This document shows, piece by piece, positions 59,361 through 64,000 of a stretch of 64,000 bases of DNA. The translations under genes were made by a program, and so were the position numbers. Every line of letters begins with the position of its first letter. The stretch's first letter is position 1. The notes under the pieces are model-generated. The model searched no databases and was not told the origin of the DNA. It worked only from the letters and a program-made list of their open reading frames with translations. The stretch comes from Nannocystales bacterium (lineage in GTDB: Bacteria > Myxococcota_A > Polyangia > Nannocystales > Nannocystaceae), in the NCBI GenBank assembly GCA_050633305.1, contig JBOEGF010000024.1, forward strand, positions 160,001 to 224,000, in the 5' to 3' direction.

Positions 59361-61565
59361 CTACGAGCGCCGGCGTCTCCGACGACGGAGTCCCCACATC
59401 ATCACGAAGAGGCACGACGCTCCGCCGGCACCGCGGGCCTTCTGCGTGCTGGTCTCTTTGGTGTTGAGGCAACAGGTCGTCCCGGGCTGCGTCGTCGGAG
59501 GGGCATCCGAGGGAGGCGGCTGATAGGTGTACTCGCTCCCCTCGATATAGTTGCAGGGGTTGTGTGCTGCACACTCCGTGGGCTCACACTGCGGCCGGAC
59601 CTCTACTGGCTCGCACCCCATCGGTACCTGGCCCGCTGAGGGTCCTGCTGGCCTCGGCGCTCCACCTTCGGCCACGACCCCGCCCCCGAGCGGAGCCCCT
59701 GCGCCTGGCGACGGAGCGGTGACCTGGACGCACGAGGGCGTTTGGTCATCGACGACGCGGATGGTGTCGACAACGCTGGCGACGTGCCCTTCAGTGACAT
59801 CGAGCCGATACACGGAGTCGTAGGGATCGAGCGGCGTTGCACCATCGAGACGATGCTCCCATCCGCCGATCTCGCCCTCGTGTCGCACGTAGTAGCCGTA
59901 GCTGGAGAACGGGCTGAGGATCGGGGTCTGGGGGGCGTCCGGGAGATTGACCCGCCGTCCGCTGTCCACAAACCCATGGACTGTGTATCGCGGTAGGCGA
60001 GCGAGTGCCGTGGTGGGGTCCTTGGCGAGGTCGATCGGGAAACACCCGTCCAGATCGCCCTTGAACTCCTCGCACAGTGCCGGCGACGGCATGTTTTGAG
60101 TCCGTACCACCAAGTACACCGGGTGGTCGGACTGCCCCGGCCCCAACGCGCGACCGATCAGGTTCACATCAGCCGGGCGCCGCACCACCGAGGCGTCCAC
60201 GAACTGCATGTTGCGGTAGACACTGTCCGACCGGAACTTCAGCGCGTCGCCCGAACCGGGGGTGCCCGAGAGCTTCACGTGCATGCACTGGTGGTCGTTG
60301 GTTGGGACTGCCCCCGCAACGTACTCGTCGGTCTCGATTGCGCCTTGGCCTGCTGCGCCTGCGTAGCTGCCCGCATCGACAGAGCCCCCGAGGTTGGCCG
60401 TCTTGACCAGGTCCCAGGTGGCGGCGTCCCAGTTGGCGTAGGTGAGCCCCCAGTTCGCGATCCGAAACTCGGCCTGCACGCTGCCCGTGCTCAGGGCAGT
60501 CGCGGTGTTGTTGTGGAACCCGGCCCGCAGGCGCGAGCCGCTACTCGCTTCGATCGTGTGCCCGGGCAGGGGGTAGGGAACGGCAGTTCCTGGGACGACG
60601 CCCGCCACGATGTCCTTGTCCGAGCCCACCAGGCCCCGAATGACCTCGATCCCCTCGCAGTCTCCAGCGGTCCCGGTTTGGAGCGCGGGCCATTGTGTTG
60701 TGGTGTCGGGCACCGCGTCGGGCAGGGTGGGTCCCGCCGAGCCGTGGTCCATCTCGCACGATGCACCCGCGACCCCTTCGGGGTTGCACAACATCGGGAA
60801 CTCGAACGTCACGACCGGGTCGGCAACGCCGGGTCCGGACTTGAACGCGACGAAGCTGGTGCCGTACAGCCGAACGTCCGGGTCGACCTGCCCGGTCCCC
60901 GGCTCGACCGGGAGTTGGAGCGAGACCTTGAAGTCCCAGTCGAACAGGCCGCCTCCCGCCGGAGTCACCTGCACCCAGTGATGTTCATCGACGACCGGGA
61001 ATGCGCCCCCCGACGTGGGATTGGTCGCGACGATGCTTCCCCAGCCCGACCCCGGTGTCCCGGCTGAATAACGCACCACCGGACTGGTGGGCGATCCTCC
61101 GCTGACGGCCTGCCCGCTCACACATCCCGGAGCGAGGTCGGCAACGTCGGTGGTGTCCCCCGCGGCACAGCCCAGCATCGGCCGGATGTCGATGTACACC
61201 AGCGGCGCTCCGTCGGCATCGGTCAAGGCCAGCGCCACCATGTCCTGGGCCGGGTTGATCTGCGGATCGCCCTTGACCGACAGGTGTAGGAACATGCGGC
61301 GCGAGTCCGCGTCCCACACGGACCGAACGTCGACCATGCTCGGAGTCGCCGAGGCTCCCGGGTTTCCCGTACGTTTGGTGGCTCCCGTCCAGCGCTGTTC
61401 TTTGCCTGGCGCCCCCGGAACCCACCATTCGGGAAACTTGTTCTGGGGCCCGGGCACACCCCTCGCCTGCGGGACGCACAGGTCGTCGACCGCTGCGTTC
61501 GCGTACGTGGAGAATCCGAGCGCGATCGCGACCGCGCCCATCGAGAAGATGGTTCGTTTGGACAT
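59361..61565 (-). CDS. Secreted protein with MYXO-CTERM-like sorting tail
   Basis: Signal peptide ANA; C-terminal CC...hydrophobic...RRRRRRRS. Confidence 0.72.
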   Translation of the reverse strand: MSKRTIFSMGAVAIALGFSTYANAAVDDLCVPQARGVPGPQNKFPEWWVPGAPGKEQRWTGATKRTGNPGASATPSMVDVRSVWDADSRRMFLHLSVKGDPQINPAQDMVALALTDADGAPLVYIDIRPMLGCAAGDTTDVADLAPGCVSGQAVSGGSPTSPVVRYSAGTPGSGWGSIVATNPTSGGAFPVVDEHHWVQVTPAGGGLFDWDFKVSLQLPVEPGTGQVDPDVRLYGTSFVAFKSGPGVADPVVTFEFPMLCNPEGVAGASCEMDHGSAGPTLPDAVPDTTTQWPALQTGTAGDCEGIEVIRGLVGSDKDIVAGVVPGTAVPYPLPGHTIEASSGSRLRAGFHNNTATALSTGSVQAEFRIANWGLTYANWDAATWDLVKTANLGGSVDAGSYAGAAGQGAIETDEYVAGAVPTNDHQCMHVKLSGTPGSGDALKFRSDSVYRNMQFVDASVVRRPADVNLIGRALGPGQSDHPVYLVVRTQNMPSPALCEEFKGDLDGCFPIDLAKDPTTALARLPRYTVHGFVDSGRRVNLPDAPQTPILSPFSSYGYYVRHEGEIGGWEHRLDGATPLDPYDSVYRLDVTEGHVASVVDTIRVVDDQTPSCVQVTAPSPGAGAPLGGGVVAEGGAPRPAGPSAGQVPMGCEPVEVRPQCEPTECAAHNPCNYIEGSEYTYQPPPSDAPPTTQPGTTCCLNTKETSTQKARGAGGASCLFVMMWGLRRRRRRRS

Positions 61566-61606
61566 GAGGTTGTTGCCAAGCCGGCGAAGCGGATCGAATG
61601 CGCCGA

Positions 61607-62530
61607 TCACTCTTCGACGATGATGTAGAGGTTGTAGCGGTAGTCCTCGACGATCTGGTCTCCGTCGAGGTTGAGCGGAAAACTGTCCGCCCCGTTGCCC
61701 GGATAGTTGATGAACTCGTACGCGAACTCGTGGTCGTTGTCCCCGCCGCTGGTTCGGCCGAGGGAGGTGACGTCCTCGGTGTGGATCATGATCCAGTAGT
61801 CGCCCGCAGTCAGAGCGGTGTCGGGAACGCTCACCTCGTTGGCGCCGTCCTCCAGCGAGAACTCGCCGCTCTGCCGCATTCGTGTCTGTGGGCCGTCGGA
61901 GTCGCTGTAGATGGCGAGCTGAACGTTCGGGCCGGCCTCGCCAGCGATCACCCCTAGGGCTTTGAGCGTGGTGTTTCCCGGCAGCGTGACCCGGTGCCCA
62001 AAGACGATTCCACCCACAACCTCGGCATCGCTCCCCAGGTAGTCAGGGTTGCCCAACGCGAGCGCGCAGTACGACTGGTCTTCAGCACACGTCGCGGCGG
62101 CCGTGCACTGGTCGGGACAATCGAGACCACACAAAGGGTCTTGGCCGCAGGCTACCCCCGAGCAGTCGGGCACACATTCCTCCGAGTCGGTCGAGCCCGT
62201 CGAACTGTCCGAGCCGTCCGTCGACGTCTGCGTCTTCGTTGACTCCGTCGTTTCACCCGCAGACGTCTCAGAATCGGTTGTCCCTCCCGGCGACTGTGGG
62301 CCCGAGTCCGATGAACCCGGCCCGCCGGTTGACACAGACGTCGTCGACTCTGGGCCAGACAGGCTCGCCGAGTCATCCTCGCCTGTCGTGGATTGCTCGG
62401 TTGTGCTTGCAGCTGCGCCGGTGTCACCTGCGGTCTGCGAAGCGCTGAGGATCAGCGGGTCGGCGGGGTCGAAACAAGCGCTCAACGCAAGCGCGATCCA
62501 GATGCTTGCCAATCGTGTCGGGAGTGTCAT
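61607..62530 (-). CDS. Lipoprotein with Ser/Thr linker and Cys-rich module
   Basis: LSAC lipobox, CVPDCSGVACG.D..CG. Confidence 0.7.
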   Translation of the reverse strand: MTLPTRLASIWIALALSACFDPADPLILSASQTAGDTGAAASTTEQSTTGEDDSASLSGPESTTSVSTGGPGSSDSGPQSPGGTTDSETSAGETTESTKTQTSTDGSDSSTGSTDSEECVPDCSGVACGQDPLCGLDCPDQCTAAATCAEDQSYCALALGNPDYLGSDAEVVGGIVFGHRVTLPGNTTLKALGVIAGEAGPNVQLAIYSDSDGPQTRMRQSGEFSLEDGANEVSVPDTALTAGDYWIMIHTEDVTSLGRTSGGDNDHEFAYEFINYPGNGADSFPLNLDGDQIVEDYRYNLYIIVEE

Positions 62531-62821
62531 CTCGTGTCCTCGCTGGCTCCCGCGGATGGGATGCCGGTGGGGTAGTGGGCTCCGGAGAACAATCGATCCG
62601 AAAAAGTGTGCGGGGGGCGACCCTCCGCCGGGGCCGGTTGTGGAGCCGGGCGTCCGAGCGCGACCGTCCGGTCGGCAGTGCCGAGGCTGCTCGTCGCGCG
62701 GCATGCTCCTCGGACGCAGAGACCTGGGTCCGGGCGGAGCCGTGAAGCCTGCGCGCGAACTCAAACCTCGCTTGCATCTTCTGAGCAAACCAAGTAGTTG
62801 GTAGGTTCAGGGCTGCCGACT

Positions 62822-63706
62822 ATGCTGCATATGACCCCGAAGATGGCCACAACACCCCGCTGGGTGCTCGTCTACGCCACATTGATGCTCTTGGTGTCGG
62901 TCAACACGGCAGTTCTTGGCTACGCCGCGCCTGAGCTGCTGTTCGACGAGTCGGTTCCGGACTTCGCGAACGCAGCACCCATCACCCACTTCTACGCGAC
63001 CCGGAATGCCGCGCTGGCGGTGCTGGGTGGGGCGGCGTTGCTGACCCGGTCCAGACCGCTGCTGTTTGCGGCGATGCTGACACGGCTGGTGGTCGACTCG
63101 GTGGATCTGGGGTTCACGTTGGAGCATCGCATCGTCGACGCTCCGCCCGCGTTCGTCACCCTCGCTTGGCTGGTGGGGTTCACGGTGCCGCAGCTCGCTT
63201 GTCTGTGGCAGCTCCGCGATGGGGCGACGGGTCGAGGCTGGCGCTTCCAGATCGAGGAGTTGGTGGACGTGTCCGCAGACGCCGAGCGAATCTGGGCGAA
63301 GCTGACTCGCCACGAGTCGATGCCGACGTGGGTGACCCTGGGCTTACGCGGGGTGCGTCTGCAGGCGAATGGCAGCGCCTCGGTCGGAACGCCGGGCTCG
63401 TACCGCGTGATTCGGTTTGCCGGATGGCCCGAGGTCACCGAGCGGTTCGTCGAGGTCGAGGCGCCGGTTCGCTACAGCTATGAAGTCATCGCAGGTATGC
63501 CGCATCTGCGCGAGCACCTCGGCGTGGTGTCCGTCGAAAAGGAGGCCGGGTCATCGCGGATTCGGTGGACGATCACGTTCGTCTTCGAACCGCTCCATCC
63601 GCTCTCGTGGATGTCCCCGCTGTTTGTGGCCGGATTTCGCCGCGTCGTGGCCCGAGGCCTCCGGGAGCTGAAACGCCAGGTAGAGTCGGAGTCGGCACAA
63701 GCCTGA
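62822..63706 (+). CDS. Membrane domain fused to an SRPBCC/START domain
   Basis: About four TM segments, then IWAKLT.HESM..W...RYSYEV...HLG...IRWT. Confidence 0.7.
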   Translation: MLHMTPKMATTPRWVLVYATLMLLVSVNTAVLGYAAPELLFDESVPDFANAAPITHFYATRNAALAVLGGAALLTRSRPLLFAAMLTRLVVDSVDLGFTLEHRIVDAPPAFVTLAWLVGFTVPQLACLWQLRDGATGRGWRFQIEELVDVSADAERIWAKLTRHESMPTWVTLGLRGVRLQANGSASVGTPGSYRVIRFAGWPEVTERFVEVEAPVRYSYEVIAGMPHLREHLGVVSVEKEAGSSRIRWTITFVFEPLHPLSWMSPLFVAGFRRVVARGLRELKRQVESESAQA

Positions 63707-64000
63707 TGACGACGCGTGACCCGAATCGCCGAGAAAAACTCCTGCAGGTGGCCGACGCGCTCTGGCTGTCCCGTGGATATGCCGGTTTCAGTTTTGCCGA
63801 CCTCTCAACCCGCACAGGTCTTCGAAAACCGAGCGTGTACCACCACTTCCCAAGCAAGGAAGCGCTGTTCATCGCGCTCATCGAGCATCACGAGCACGAA
63901 GCGGCGGGGTTCTTCGAGACGATGGACACCCGCCCTGCGAACGAGGCGCTGGGGGCGTTCCTCGAGGTGTACGGGCGGCTGCTCGAACACCCGGACCGAC
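63706..64000 (+). CDS. TetR-family regulator (runs off the window)
   Basis: RGYAGFSFADLSTRTGLRKPSVYHHFPSKEAL; TGATG overlap with the upstream gene. Confidence 0.88.
   Translation, partial: MTTRDPNRREKLLQVADALWLSRGYAGFSFADLSTRTGLRKPSVYHHFPSKEALFIALIEHHEHEAAGFFETMDTRPANEALGAFLEVYGRLLEHPDR

Overview
GC-rich window that looks myxobacterial (Nannocystis/Plesiocystis-like, inferred from Ser/Thr-rich lipoproteins, Hanks kinases, an ECF-kinase pair, DUF1552 and a MYXO-CTERM-like tail). It is mostly accessory DNA with a few housekeeping or catabolic genes (dapD, puuE, an M20 amidohydrolase, an amidase, a Ski2/HelY-like helicase). The strongest candidate for an undescribed system is at 2.9-6.3 kb. An Abi/UG (DRT)-like reverse transcriptase (YVDD, helical C-terminus) is preceded by about 590 bp of non-coding DNA rich in stem-loops, with a three-fold degenerate hairpin+CAAGAGG module. 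It is divergently paired with a Ser/Thr kinase ending in an SSB-like tail (DEIPF). The second highlight is a family of HUH (RAYT-like) transposase elements: two intact copies and one remnant. They share 14-bp inverted ends, length-conserved 5' (about 248 nt) and 3' (about 182 nt) non-coding arms and a sigma54-type promoter, and a truncated ECF sigma gene lies between two copies. Also present are a catalase-like/LodA (CTQ oxidase) fusion with its flavoprotein partner, a hairpin MITE, IS30 and Tn3 remnants, and a tandem pair of small cationic secreted paralogues. All calls come from reading motifs by eye; no searches were run, and many start codons are best guesses.
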